DNA of 64,000 nt from an uncultured Bacteroidales bacterium (GCA_942492865.1 OW818650.1:1960564-2024563); one strand, 5' to 3'; numbered from the stretch's first letter, positions 10,113-20,363 are shown. The notes: generated from the letters alone by a model not told the origin. Program-made: numbers and translations.

Positions 10113-10352
10113 ATGGAAATAAAAATTTTAGGTCCTGGATGTCCGAAATGCAAAACACTTGAGAAAGTGACACGAGATGCTGTTGCAGAATCCGGTATTA
10201 CTGCAACAATCGACAAAGTTGAAGACATTGTCAAAATAATGGAGTACAGGATAATGCATACACCGGGACTGGTTATTAACGGAAAGGTCGTTATCAGCGG
10301 CCAGGTACCAACTGTGAATCAGGTGAAAGAAATTCTCATTAAAAACCAATAA
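10113..10352 (+). CDS. Small thioredoxin-fold protein (redox-active disulfide protein 2 type)
   Basis: 79 aa with MEIKILGPGCPKCKTL carrying a CPKC redox motif at the N-terminus. No signal peptide. Confidence 0.8.
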   Translation: MEIKILGPGCPKCKTLEKVTRDAVAESGITATIDKVEDIVKIMEYRIMHTPGLVINGKVVISGQVPTVNQVKEILIKNQ

Positions 10353-10361
10353 GCAGAAATT

Positions 10362-10790
10362 ATGAAAACTTTCAGGTTATTTATTGCAGTGTTATTATTT
10401 GCCCCCGTTTATGCATGTACAGCACAGCCATCAGCAAAGGAAGTTAAATCTGATACCGGCAATTCTGATAAAATTGAAGCGTACTACTTTCACTTCACGG
10501 CCCGATGTGTTACCTGCAAGGCTATCGAGGCGAAAGCAAAGGAGAATCTCGAAGTTCTCTATCCGCAGCACTTTAAAAACGGTTTGATTACGTTTCAATC
10601 AGTCAACCTCGATGAGGCAGTTAACAAACCTTTAGCACAGAAACTTGGTATAGGCGGTCAGACTTTATTGCTGGTAAAGGGAAGCGAAAAGATAAATATA
10701 ACCAACGAAGGCTTCATGTATGCCATGGTTAAACCGGAAAAGTTCAAAGAAGTGATTAATGAGAAAGTTAGTTATCTTCTCAGCAGATAA
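10362..10790 (+). CDS. Secreted thioredoxin-like protein with CxxC
   Basis: Signal peptide MKTFRLFIAVLLFAPVYACTA and a CVTCK motif within a Trx-like length (142 aa). Confidence 0.55.
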   Translation: MKTFRLFIAVLLFAPVYACTAQPSAKEVKSDTGNSDKIEAYYFHFTARCVTCKAIEAKAKENLEVLYPQHFKNGLITFQSVNLDEAVNKPLAQKLGIGGQTLLLVKGSEKINITNEGFMYAMVKPEKFKEVINEKVSYLLSR

Positions 10791-10793
10791 CTG

Positions 10794-11492
10794 ATGGAAT
10801 TTCTGACAAATTTGCTGGATAACAGTACAATGCCCTGGTTGACGGCATTGCTGCTGGGTTTAATGACTGCTATAAGTCCATGTCCGCTGGCCACAAATAT
10901 TACAGCGATAGGGTTTATCAGCAAGGATATTGAAGACCGTAACAGGGTCTTTCTCAACGGCCTCTTTTATACACTTGGAAGGGCGATTACATATACAGGT
11001 CTTGCTCTGATAATATTCCTGGGGGTTGACCAGTTGAAATTTTCAGGATTCTTTCAGCGGTACGGTGAAAAATTTATAGGCCCACTGTTGTTGATCATCG
11101 GCTTACTGATGTTCGATGTTATAAAAATAAAATTCCCCGGATTCAGCAGACTGGCCTCGGGTATGCAAAATAAAGAACGCTGGAGCTATTTTGATGCTGT
11201 TCTTCTGGGCATTGTATTTGCACTGGCATTCTGCCCATACAGCGGGGTGTTATACTTTGGAATGCTTGTTCCGATGACAGTCACCAGCGCATCAGGATTA
11301 TACCTTCCTCTGGTCTTTGCAATTGCAACAGGAGTTCCTGTTATAATAATTGCCTGGCTGCTTGCATACACTGTCTCAGGTGTTGGCATTGTTTATAAAA
11401 AGATAAAAACATTTGAGCTCTGGTTCAGGCGTATCATAGCTGTTCTGTTTATTGCAATCGGGATTTATTATATTATAAGAGCTTATATGTAA
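10794..11492 (+). CDS. CcdA/DsbD-family thiol-disulfide transfer membrane protein
   Basis: Six predicted TM helices with conserved membrane cysteines in AISPCPLA (TM1) and LAFCPYSG (TM4), the CcdA/DsbD-beta hallmark. Confidence 0.65.
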   Translation: MEFLTNLLDNSTMPWLTALLLGLMTAISPCPLATNITAIGFISKDIEDRNRVFLNGLFYTLGRAITYTGLALIIFLGVDQLKFSGFFQRYGEKFIGPLLLIIGLLMFDVIKIKFPGFSRLASGMQNKERWSYFDAVLLGIVFALAFCPYSGVLYFGMLVPMTVTSASGLYLPLVFAIATGVPVIIIAWLLAYTVSGVGIVYKKIKTFELWFRRIIAVLFIAIGIYYIIRAYM

Positions 11493-11524
11493 TTTAAAAA
11501 ACAGGAATCCAATAAATAGATTAA

Positions 11525-11664
11525 GATTCCTCGCATCGCTCGGAATGACATGGTTGTGGGGGTCATATGGATCGGAGGAAAAACACCTGAGCGTTTTTCC
11601 TCCGATCCATATCCCAAAAAAATAAAACTGTCATTCCGAATGAAGCATAGCGAAATGAGGAATC
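11525..11664 (+). repeat. Nested double-hairpin element inside the ars operon
   Basis: Outer inverted repeat GATTCCTCGCATCGCTCGGAATGACA (11525-11550) pairs with TGTCATTCCGAA..GCGAAATGAGGAATC (11629-11664). Inner perfect 17-bp inverted repeat TGGATCGGAGGAAAAAC / GTTTTTCCTCCGATCCA spans 11569-11609. Confidence 0.85.
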
Positions 11665-11696
11665 TGTTAATTAAACCACCAAATTTTCAACTTAAC

Positions 11697-13040
11697 ATGG
11701 AACTCAAAAAAGAATTAAAAATACTGTTCTGGATTGCAGCCATTTTTGCTTTTGCATTTTTCTTACCAATAGAAAGTGCAAGATTCAATACTGCCATTGC
11801 TGCTACACTTGATCTTGTAAAATGGTATGCACAGGAACATGTTATTCTCTGTCTGCTTCCTGCGTTTTTTATTGCAGGGGTGATATCGGTATTTGTGAGC
11901 CAGGCATCAGTAATTAAGTATTTTGGCGCACAGGCAAAAAAATGGGTGGCATATACCGTTGCGGCCGTTTCAGGAACTATTCTGGCTGTCTGCTCATGCA
12001 CGATCCTTCCTTTGTTTTCAAGTATTCACAAAAGAGGCGCTGGTCTGGGACCCGCAATTGCATTTTTATACTCAGGACCTGCAATAAATATTTTGGCAAT
12101 AATACTTACTGCCAGAATCCTTGGCTTCGAAATGGGTGTTGCCAGGACAATCGGAGCCGTTTCCTTCAGTGTAGTAATTGGATTGATTATGGCATTTATT
12201 TACAGGAAGGAAGAAAAAGTAAAGAAGGAAGAACAAATGAATATAACTCCCCTACCCGAAAAAAGACCGATGTGGCAGACTTCATTGCATTTCTTTACTC
12301 TCGTTCTGATCCTTGTCTTTGCCAACTGGGGAAAACCCGGTGAAGACGATACCACAAGTGCATGGTTCTATTTATGGCATTATAAATGGTGGATAACCGG
12401 CTTCTTTAGTCTTATCCTGGGCTATTCGCTTATTAAGGTCCTTAAGATCAAATGGCAGTGGGTGCTCGGTGCCTTCCTCGTTACAGTAGCATCAGTGATA
12501 CTTTCAGATAATCTTATAGATAGCGACAAGCTCAGACCTCTGGTACCAATGCTTGTCGGAATAATTGCATTAAGTGTCATCACTATTCTTGACAAAGTGG
12601 ATGAAGAAAATAAAGCATGGACTCTTGCAACATGGGATTTTGCCAAACAGATCCTCCCTCTGCTTGCCATCGGTGTGGTCACCGCAGGTTTTCTTCTGGG
12701 GTCAACGCACGACGGTAAGACTATTGCAGGGGTGATCCCTAACGAATGGATATCGGCTCTGGTTGGTGGAAATTCGGTCTTTTCAAACTTTTTTGCATCA
12801 GTTGTGGGAGCGTTCATGTACTTCGCCACACTCACTGAGGTGCCAATTCTTCAGGGACTTATAGCCTCAGGAATGGGTAAGGGTCCCGCCCTTGCACTTC
12901 TGCTCGCCGGTCCGTCACTCTCACTGCCTAATATGCTGGTAATAAGAGGTATTCTGGGCAATCAGAAGACAATTGTTTATGTCAGCCTGGTGATTTTAAT
13001 GGCTACGATCAGCGGATTGATATACGGTTCTATTTTTTAA
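11697..13040 (+). CDS. DUF318/ArsP-like permease
   Basis: Polytopic membrane protein with the AVCSCTILPLF cysteine motif typical of the YraQ/ArsP permease family. The listed start 11550 would translate the hairpin element, so ATG 11697 (MELKKELKILFW) is preferred. Confidence 0.7.
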   Translation: MELKKELKILFWIAAIFAFAFFLPIESARFNTAIAATLDLVKWYAQEHVILCLLPAFFIAGVISVFVSQASVIKYFGAQAKKWVAYTVAAVSGTILAVCSCTILPLFSSIHKRGAGLGPAIAFLYSGPAINILAIILTARILGFEMGVARTIGAVSFSVVIGLIMAFIYRKEEKVKKEEQMNITPLPEKRPMWQTSLHFFTLVLILVFANWGKPGEDDTTSAWFYLWHYKWWITGFFSLILGYSLIKVLKIKWQWVLGAFLVTVASVILSDNLIDSDKLRPLVPMLVGIIALSVITILDKVDEENKAWTLATWDFAKQILPLLAIGVVTAGFLLGSTHDGKTIAGVIPNEWISALVGGNSVFSNFFASVVGAFMYFATLTEVPILQGLIASGMGKGPALALLLAGPSLSLPNMLVIRGILGNQKTIVYVSLVILMATISGLIYGSIF

Positions 13041-15459
13041 CAGGTAATAATTTTAGTTGTTCCGATTTTCCGGCTTTCAGATTTATTTCCTGTTCAGTCC
13101 CATTAAATGAAACCTTGCATTTCCCTCCTTTCTCCGAACTTATAATGGCATTTGTGATCTTTCCCTCCTTCCATGCCATCTCTATTCCAAATCCTCCTCT
13201 GGCACGAAGGCCCCTAACCTTTCCTTCCTTCCATGCAGCCGGAATGGCAGGGAGCAGACTTATTGTCCCGTTATGCGACTGAACAAGCATTTCAGCTATC
13301 CCCGCGGTACCACCAAAATTGCCATCGATCTGGAATGGCGGATGTGTATCAAAAAGATTGGGAAGGGTTGATTTTGCAAGAAGTGCATTAAGGTTCTCAT
13401 AAGCTTTTTCACCGTCAGTCAGCCGTGCAAAAAGACTTACGATCCATGCACGGCTCCATCCCGTGTGTCCGCCTCCGAATGAAAGTCTCCTTTCAATTGT
13501 AGCACGCGCGGCGTCATACAACTCAGGGGTTCTGGGGGTGAAGAGGCTGAGAGGATACAGGCCAAGCAGGTGCGACATGTGCCGGTGACCCGGTTCAGGC
13601 TCATCAAAATCCCTGATCCATTCCTGAATGACCCCTTTTGAATTGATAAGTATTGGCGGAAGCCTTTTTTTTGCTACCATGATCCTTTCTGCAAACTCCT
13701 GATCGGTTCCAAGAACAGAGGCTGCCTCTGTGCAGTAGTCAAACAGGGCTGTTATCAGCTGGATATCAAATGTAGCAGCATAAGTTATAGCCGATATTTC
13801 TCCTGTTAAAGGATCTCTGAAGTCGTTTTCAGGAGAGTGGGAAGGATTAGTGACAAGGTATCCTTCAGGAGATTCCACAAGAAAATCAAGTACGAATTCT
13901 GCAGCGCCTTTTAACATCGGATATGCTGTATTCCTGAGGAATGTTGTATCCATAGTGAAAAGATAATGCTCATATACAGGGAATGTCATCCATGGCCCAT
14001 CCATCGGGGTAATGCCCCACACTCCGTCAGCAACACCGGTCCGGCCGAACGGGTCGGTAAGGTGATGAAGTGTCCATCCTTTTGTTCCATACATTTCCCT
14101 GGCAGTAATGGCTCCCGGCACCATCAGCTTTTGCATGAAGGTGGAAAGTATTTCAGATGTTTCCGGCAGATTGCAGACTTCAGCTGGCCAGTAATTCATC
14201 TGTAAGTTAATATTAGTATGGAAGTCGGAGTTCCAGGGAGCCTCATCCTGATCGTTCCAGATACCCTGAAGGTTAGCAGGAAGAACTCCCGGTTTTCGTG
14301 ATGATCCCATAAGCAGATATCGCCCATACTGAAAATATAGCGCTATGAGGCCATCATCTTTGCCTCCATTTTTCATGTTTTTGAGCCTCTCATCCGTTGG
14401 GATGTCTGCATCCCCGTCATCACTTAGTGATAAGCTGACTCTTTCAAACAATCTTCGGTGATCATCCTCATGTATCTTTTTAAGCTTGCCAGAACTGTAG
14501 TCCGATGCCCTGGTGAGGATCTCGCTGCAGATAGAATACGGATCTTTGCCCTGATCGATGTCAAGATCTGCGATATTGTAATTTGTGGCTCCGGTGATGA
14601 TGATGACAGCCTTCCTTACGGAATTTAATCTGAAGCCTGCCGAGGTATCCGTTACTACCGGGTCTGATGATTCTGATCCCCCGAGAAGTTTCATTGCAGC
14701 TGCATACTTCATGTGTCTTCCACCAGGACCTGTAAGAGGATTATCAAGGTCAATTATCTGTCCTGTAAAAGATGCAATGCCATTTTCAGACCTGTAATCA
14801 TTCTCATCGATGCTGAAAACCGGCCTTATCCTTCCACTCTTGTCGCGTGGCATTTTTGAGGTATCCCTTTCCCGTGACAGGAGAATATCGGTACTGAACG
14901 GCTTGCTCCCTTTAAGAATTACAACCATTATATCATGCGGGGCCGATACAAAAACCTCCTGGACGAGCTCATTTCCATCGATGCTGAACTCAGTTTTTGC
15001 AATGCCTGAATTTAGTGAAAGCGACCTTCTGTACATGTTTGGTTCCCCGTCTGTTTTAAAACGAATAACCAGGTCGCCAAGAGGCTGATACGATCGTATT
15101 CTGGGAGGCTTTCCAAGAAGATATCTGTTCGATAGATCAATCGCCTTTTTGTATTCGTTCCTGAATATTGCTTCGCGAATCTCATTCAGATGATCAGTCG
15201 CATCCGGATTGTTATTGTTGATCTTTGAACCTGCCCAGAGACTTTCCTCGTTAAGCTGGATGCGCTCAGACATATAATCTCCAAAGACCATTCCTCCTAA
15301 CCTGCCATTCCCTACAGGCAGTGCTTCGGACCATGACTTTGCCGGTTGTTTGTACCAGAGCTCTGCCGGTTCTGATATTTTACCTGTCTTCCCGCTGCAT
15401 GACAATAATGCTGTTATAAATAATAACAGAATACCTGTATGGGCAATTTTCTTTAACAT
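13030..15459 (-). CDS. Glycoside hydrolase family 95 (alpha-L-fucosidase type)
   Basis: N-terminal GH95 signature LWYKQPAKSWSEALPVGNGRLGGMVFG...ERIQLNEESLWAG, about 800 aa, with a lipoprotein-like signal MLKKIAHTGILLLFITALLSCSG from ATG 15459. Confidence 0.85.
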   Translation of the reverse strand: MLKKIAHTGILLLFITALLSCSGKTGKISEPAELWYKQPAKSWSEALPVGNGRLGGMVFGDYMSERIQLNEESLWAGSKINNNNPDATDHLNEIREAIFRNEYKKAIDLSNRYLLGKPPRIRSYQPLGDLVIRFKTDGEPNMYRRSLSLNSGIAKTEFSIDGNELVQEVFVSAPHDIMVVILKGSKPFSTDILLSRERDTSKMPRDKSGRIRPVFSIDENDYRSENGIASFTGQIIDLDNPLTGPGGRHMKYAAAMKLLGGSESSDPVVTDTSAGFRLNSVRKAVIIITGATNYNIADLDIDQGKDPYSICSEILTRASDYSSGKLKKIHEDDHRRLFERVSLSLSDDGDADIPTDERLKNMKNGGKDDGLIALYFQYGRYLLMGSSRKPGVLPANLQGIWNDQDEAPWNSDFHTNINLQMNYWPAEVCNLPETSEILSTFMQKLMVPGAITAREMYGTKGWTLHHLTDPFGRTGVADGVWGITPMDGPWMTFPVYEHYLFTMDTTFLRNTAYPMLKGAAEFVLDFLVESPEGYLVTNPSHSPENDFRDPLTGEISAITYAATFDIQLITALFDYCTEAASVLGTDQEFAERIMVAKKRLPPILINSKGVIQEWIRDFDEPEPGHRHMSHLLGLYPLSLFTPRTPELYDAARATIERRLSFGGGHTGWSRAWIVSLFARLTDGEKAYENLNALLAKSTLPNLFDTHPPFQIDGNFGGTAGIAEMLVQSHNGTISLLPAIPAAWKEGKVRGLRARGGFGIEMAWKEGKITNAIISSEKGGKCKVSFNGTEQEINLKAGKSEQLKLLPVKK

Positions 15460-15527
15460 GGGAATTGTTTTTTCAAAGTTAAGATTCACGGCAGGACCTG
15501 CAAACAATAATTATTAAGTTTGTACTT

Positions 15528-16235
15528 ATGAGTAATGATTATTTTCGTTTTAAGGAGTTTCTGATACAACAGGATAGGTGTGCTTTCAAGGTGGGCACCG
15601 ATGGAGTAATGTTAGGTGCTTATGCCACGGTTACAGGTTCAAAGAACATCCTTGATATAGGAACCGGCACCGGCCTTATCTCCCTGATGCTTGCACAGAG
15701 GAGCATAGCAGAGATAAAAGCTATAGAGCCTGATAAAAATTCATATAGTCAGGCAAAGGAAAATTTTCAGAAAAGCAAATGGAGCAACCGGATCAGAATT
15801 GAAAATACCTCATTGCAGGAATTCATTGTTGACTCACAGTTTGACCTTATTGTTACCAATCCGCCTTATTTTGTTAATTCGCTTAAGAACCCTGATGAAA
15901 GGAAAGCGTCAGCTCGTCATGATATTAATCTTACTACTGACGAGATTCTAAGTGGTGTTTTCAGATTGCTTTCGGAAGATGGCAGGTTTCAGATAATACT
16001 ACCCTGGGTGGAAGGAAATCTTTTTATCGCTGAGGCGGCAGGATATGGATTGTTTTGTAACAGCATTTTAAAAATACGGCCTCTGCCTTCAGGTGAGATA
16101 AGGAGAATGATCCTCGGATTTAGCCGAAAAAGGACAACCGTAACAGAAAAATTTCTGACTATTGAAAAAGGGAAGCGGCACGAATTTACAGAAGAGTATA
16201 TAAATCTCACGAAGGATTTCTATCTGAAGTTCTGA
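15528..16235 (+). CDS. trmN6: tRNA1(Val) (adenine37-N6)-methyltransferase-like SAM methyltransferase
   Basis: FRFKEFLIQQDRCAFKVGTDGVMLGAYA, SAM motif ILDIGTGTGLISLMLAQR and catalytic NPPY (TNPPYF). Confidence 0.75.
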   Translation: MSNDYFRFKEFLIQQDRCAFKVGTDGVMLGAYATVTGSKNILDIGTGTGLISLMLAQRSIAEIKAIEPDKNSYSQAKENFQKSKWSNRIRIENTSLQEFIVDSQFDLIVTNPPYFVNSLKNPDERKASARHDINLTTDEILSGVFRLLSEDGRFQIILPWVEGNLFIAEAAGYGLFCNSILKIRPLPSGEIRRMILGFSRKRTTVTEKFLTIEKGKRHEFTEEYINLTKDFYLKF

Positions 16236-16256
16236 TGATAACCGCGAAAAGGTATG

Positions 16257-16264
16257 TATATTTG
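16257..16264 (+). promoter_or_regulatory. Candidate -7 promoter box (TAnnTTTG) upstream of mutS
   Basis: TATATTTG, 41 nt upstream of ATG 16305. Confidence 0.35.
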
Positions 16265-16304
16265 TTAGGTAACAGTAAAAAGTAAGTCCCGCTATCCTGC
16301 AAAT

Positions 16305-18914
16305 ATGTCAATTACCCGTGAGTATGCCGAAACACCGCTGATGAAGCAGTATAATCACATCAAGACAAAACATCCTGATGCCATACTGCTTTTCCGGGTT
16401 GGGGATTTTTATGAAACTTTCGGCGAGGATGCCATCAGGGCATCCGAAATACTGGGTATCACTCTTACCCGAAGGGCTAATGGTTCGGCACAGTTTGTTG
16501 AGCTTGCCGGCTTTCCTTATCATGCTCTTGACACATACCTTCCCAGGCTTGTAAGGGCAGGGCAGAGAGTTGCGATATGTGAGCAGCTTGAAGACCCGAA
16601 ACTGACCAAGAAGATTGTTAAGAGAGGTATTACCGAGCTGGTTACTCCGGGTGTTTCCATGAATGAGAACGTCCTCAACCATAAAGAGAATAATTTTCTT
16701 GCAGCTGTTCACATAGAAAAAAAGATTGCAGGAGTTGCATTTCTCGATATCTCAACCGGGGAATTTCTTGCCTCTGAAGGTACAGTGGAGTATATTGACC
16801 AGCTGTTAAGCAACTTTCAGCCCAAGGAAGTACTTTTCGAAAAGCGACATAAAGATCTTTTTCAGGAATATTTCGGGAGCAAATACTATACATACAAGCT
16901 TGATGATTGGATCTTTACTCAATACTCAGCTAACGACAGGCTTCTGAAGCATTTCGAAACAACATCACTAAAAGGCTTTGGCGTTCAGAATCTTACCTTT
17001 GGAATAATTGCAGCCGGAGCCATACTTTATTATCTCGATATAACCCAGCATGACCAGCTCGGCCACATAACCAGCCTGTCAAGAATTGATGAAGCCAGGT
17101 ACGTGTGGCTCGATAAATTCACAATAAGGAACCTTGAGCTGTTCAGCTCACCTTATCCCGGAGCAAGCACTCTTACGGATGTTATAGACCGGACAATTTC
17201 TCCGATGGGTGGCAGGCTTCTTAAAAGATGGATATCTCTTCCCCTGAAGGATATGCAGCCCGTCAATGACAGGCTGGATGTTGTTCAATACCTTTATGAG
17301 AACAGCAGTTTCAGGGATGATATCTCGGAACTGATCAGGCAGGTAGGGGATCTTGAACGGCTTATTTCAAAAGTGGCAGTGAACCGGATAAACCCAAGGG
17401 AAGTTGTTCAGCTTAAACGTGCGCTGAAAGCAGTAGCTCCTTTAAGGGAGATCTGCGGTTCAGGCAGTTGTCCTCCTCTTGTAAAAATTGCCGAGCAGCT
17501 GAATCCGTGTATCTCAATTGTTGAGAGGATCGAAAGTCAGATGAAAAATGATCCGCCTGTCCTTATCAACAGAGGTAATATTATTGCCGAAGGAGTATCA
17601 GAGGAGCTTGATGACCTGAGGAAGATATTGTATCACGGGAAAGAATACCTTGAGGACCTTCAGGACCGTGAATCGGCCCGGACCGGCATCAGCTCGCTTA
17701 AAGTAAGCTTCAATAATGTTTTTGGTTATTATATTGAGGTCAGGAATACTCACAAAGATAAAGTTCCTCCCGAATGGATAAGGAAACAAACCCTGGTAAG
17801 TGCAGAAAGATACATTACCCAGGAGCTGAAGGAGTATGAAGTTAAAATATTGGGAGCTGAAGAGAAGATAACAGAGCTGGAGACGAGGTTATTTAACGAC
17901 CTTGTTCGCGGTATTATTGAATTTATTACCCCTATCCAGCTTAATGCCTCCCTTATTGCAAGGATCGATTGCCTGCTTTCTTTTGCGCTGGTGTCTGTTG
18001 AAAACGGATATGTAAGGCCTGTGCTCGATGATACAAGAATACTTGAAATTTCTGACGGACGGCATCCGGTAATAGAAAAGCAGCTTCCCGCTGGTGAATC
18101 TTATGTTCCCAATGACCTGACACTGGATACTGAAGATCAGCAGATCATTATTCTTACAGGTCCTAACATGTCAGGAAAGTCGGCCCTTCTCAGACAGACG
18201 GCTTTGATTGTTCTGATGGCCCAGACCGGATGTTTTGTGCCGGCAAAGGCAGCCAGTATCGGGATGGTCGATAAGATCTTTACCAGGGTCGGTGCATCGG
18301 ATAATATAAGCCTTGGTGAATCGACATTCATGGTCGAAATGAATGAGACCGCCAGCATTCTTAATAACCTTTCTGACAGAAGTCTTGTTCTGCTTGATGA
18401 AATAGGTAGGGGTACAAGCACTTATGATGGCATTTCAATTGCCTGGGCAATGGTCGAATATCTGCATGAGAATAAGCTTAGGGCCAAGACATTATTTGCA
18501 ACGCATTACCATGAGCTTAATGAGATGGAAAACTCTTTTCCGAGGGTAAAAAATTATAATGTTGCTATCAGGGAGCAGAACAATAAAGTGATTTTTTTGA
18601 GGAAGCTTATTAGAGGAGGCAGCGAACACAGCTTTGGGATACATGTGGCAAAGATGGCAGGCATGCCAAGGAGCATTGTCAGCCGTGCAGGAGATATACT
18701 TAAGGAACTTGAACAGGGCCATAGCAGGCAGGATTTAAAAAAACCTGTTGGTGAACTCGCTGGTCACAGGGAAGGAATACAACTGAGTATTTTCCAGCTT
18801 GATGATCCTGTTCTGAAACAGATAAGGGACGAAATTCTTGAGATTGATATCAATAACCTTACACCGGTTGAGGCTTTGAACAAGCTGTATAATATCAGGA
18901 AGCTCCTTAAATAG
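16305..18914 (+). CDS. mutS: DNA mismatch repair protein MutS
   Basis: 869 aa with TPLMKQY...FYETFGEDA at the N-terminus, Walker A GPNMSGKS, and STFMVEM and [12 protein letters not shown] motifs. Confidence 0.97.
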   Translation: MSITREYAETPLMKQYNHIKTKHPDAILLFRVGDFYETFGEDAIRASEILGITLTRRANGSAQFVELAGFPYHALDTYLPRLVRAGQRVAICEQLEDPKLTKKIVKRGITELVTPGVSMNENVLNHKENNFLAAVHIEKKIAGVAFLDISTGEFLASEGTVEYIDQLLSNFQPKEVLFEKRHKDLFQEYFGSKYYTYKLDDWIFTQYSANDRLLKHFETTSLKGFGVQNLTFGIIAAGAILYYLDITQHDQLGHITSLSRIDEARYVWLDKFTIRNLELFSSPYPGASTLTDVIDRTISPMGGRLLKRWISLPLKDMQPVNDRLDVVQYLYENSSFRDDISELIRQVGDLERLISKVAVNRINPREVVQLKRALKAVAPLREICGSGSCPPLVKIAEQLNPCISIVERIESQMKNDPPVLINRGNIIAEGVSEELDDLRKILYHGKEYLEDLQDRESARTGISSLKVSFNNVFGYYIEVRNTHKDKVPPEWIRKQTLVSAERYITQELKEYEVKILGAEEKITELETRLFNDLVRGIIEFITPIQLNASLIARIDCLLSFALVSVENGYVRPVLDDTRILEISDGRHPVIEKQLPAGESYVPNDLTLDTEDQQIIILTGPNMSGKSALLRQTALIVLMAQTGCFVPAKAASIGMVDKIFTRVGASDNISLGESTFMVEMNETASILNNLSDRSLVLLDEIGRGTSTYDGISIAWAMVEYLHENKLRAKTLFATHYHELNEMENSFPRVKNYNVAIREQNNKVIFLRKLIRGGSEHSFGIHVAKMAGMPRSIVSRAGDILKELEQGHSRQDLKKPVGELAGHREGIQLSIFQLDDPVLKQIRDEILEIDINNLTPVEALNKLYNIRKLLK

Positions 18915-18989
18915 GTATTTTGAGATTTTTTTCGTAAATTGTTACCAGAACACTGCGATTCTGATAATGAAAATTCTAATGCGAATATT

Positions 18990-20363
18990 ATGGTAACAGT
19001 CATTATTCCTGCACTGAACGAAGAGAAAACAATCAGGAGTGTTATTGAGCTTGTCTCGAAATCGCCGCTTGTAAGTGAAATACTGGTATTGGATGATAAA
19101 TCGCTTGATGATACGATTGAACAGGCACAAATGCCGCTTACAAAGGTTTACACCAGCACCAGTCTTGGGAAAGGAGCGTCAATGAGAGAAGGCATGATGC
19201 TTGCAACCAATGAAATAGTTGCTTATCTCGATGCTGATATTCCGACTTATCCTGAAAATATTATCGAGATGCTTACCCGGCCTATTATAGATGAAGAAGT
19301 TGATTTTGTTAAATCATGTTTCGACAGGCAGGCCGGAAGGGTGACGGAGCTGGTAGCCAAGCCTCTTATAAGCATACTGTTCCCGGCATTGACCAGATTT
19401 TCCCAGCCGCTCAGCGGGATGATTGCAGGGAAGAAGAGCTTTCTCAAAAAAATAGTATTTGAGAATGACTATGGAGTAGATATCGGCATACTGATCGACA
19501 TGCACATTCTTGGAGCCAGGATACGGGAGGTAGATATTGGATATATTGAAAACAAGATGCAGACATGGGAGCAACTTAGCAAAATGTCGAGGGAAGTATC
19601 AGGAGCAATCCTGAAAAGAGCAAATAAAATGGAAGTATCAAGCCTTGAAACACTTGAGGACATAAGTGTTGTGCGGACGCAGATGGAGTATGCAATAAGA
19701 GAGAGCCTCAAGGGAATGAAGAAGATGATAATCTTCGATATGGATAACACAATCCTGAGAGGAAGTTTTATAACAGCTGCAGCGGAAGAATTTGATTTCA
19801 AAAAACAACTGGTAAAAATTGTAACTGAAAATGACAATCCTTACCTGAGGACAAAATCTATTGCAAAGTTAATGAACGGATTATCTCTTGATCAGATATT
19901 GAAAGTTGCTGATAAGATCGACATAATTGAAGATGCAAAGGAAGTTATTGATGAGCTTAGAAAAAGAGGTTATATAACAGGAATCATCAGCGACAGCTAT
20001 GATGTTGTAACAAATCATATCAAAAACAAGCTGAGAATGAACTTTTCGATAGCAAATGAACTGGAATTTTCAAGGAGCATAGCCACTGGCGAAGTCAAGG
20101 TTCCCTCGTACTTCTTCAGGACGTCTTCAAGCAAGTGCCATCATGATATCTGCAAATCAAACGTGCTTTTTCAGCTAGCTGAGAAATATACTGTAGAAGT
20201 TTCCAACATAATTTCAATCGGGGACAGTGAAAATGATATTTGTTTATTAAGGGAAAGCGGAATAGGAGTTTCTTTCTGCTCCGATAATAAGATGCTAAAT
20301 ATTGTTGCCGATAAGGTAATCACCGAAAAGAGCTTCAGGCCAATCCTTGAGCTTGCTCATTAG
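18990..20363 (+). CDS. Bifunctional-looking protein: GpgS-like GT-A glycosyltransferase fused to a HAD-IB phosphatase
   Basis: The N-terminal half has VIIPALNEEKTI, LDADIP and GRVTELVAKPLISILFPALTRFSQPLSGMIAGKK..YGVDIGILIDM, which closely matches the glucosyl-3-phosphoglycerate synthase pattern. The C-terminal half has HAD motifs FDMDNT, ISDSYD and GDSENDICLL. The listed 18939 start is TTG, so ATG 18990 is used. Confidence 0.7.
   Translation: MVTVIIPALNEEKTIRSVIELVSKSPLVSEILVLDDKSLDDTIEQAQMPLTKVYTSTSLGKGASMREGMMLATNEIVAYLDADIPTYPENIIEMLTRPIIDEEVDFVKSCFDRQAGRVTELVAKPLISILFPALTRFSQPLSGMIAGKKSFLKKIVFENDYGVDIGILIDMHILGARIREVDIGYIENKMQTWEQLSKMSREVSGAILKRANKMEVSSLETLEDISVVRTQMEYAIRESLKGMKKMIIFDMDNTILRGSFITAAAEEFDFKKQLVKIVTENDNPYLRTKSIAKLMNGLSLDQILKVADKIDIIEDAKEVIDELRKRGYITGIISDSYDVVTNHIKNKLRMNFSIANELEFSRSIATGEVKVPSYFFRTSSSKCHHDICKSNVLFQLAEKYTVEVSNIISIGDSENDICLLRESGIGVSFCSDNKMLNIVADKVITEKSFRPILELAH

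Noticed and set aside
11550-11696. N-terminal 49-codon extension of the permease ORF (MVVGVIWIGGKTPERFSSDPYPKK...)
   Set aside because: The extension is a translation of the nested hairpin repeat (11525-11664). ATG 11697 gives a normal membrane-protein N-terminus.
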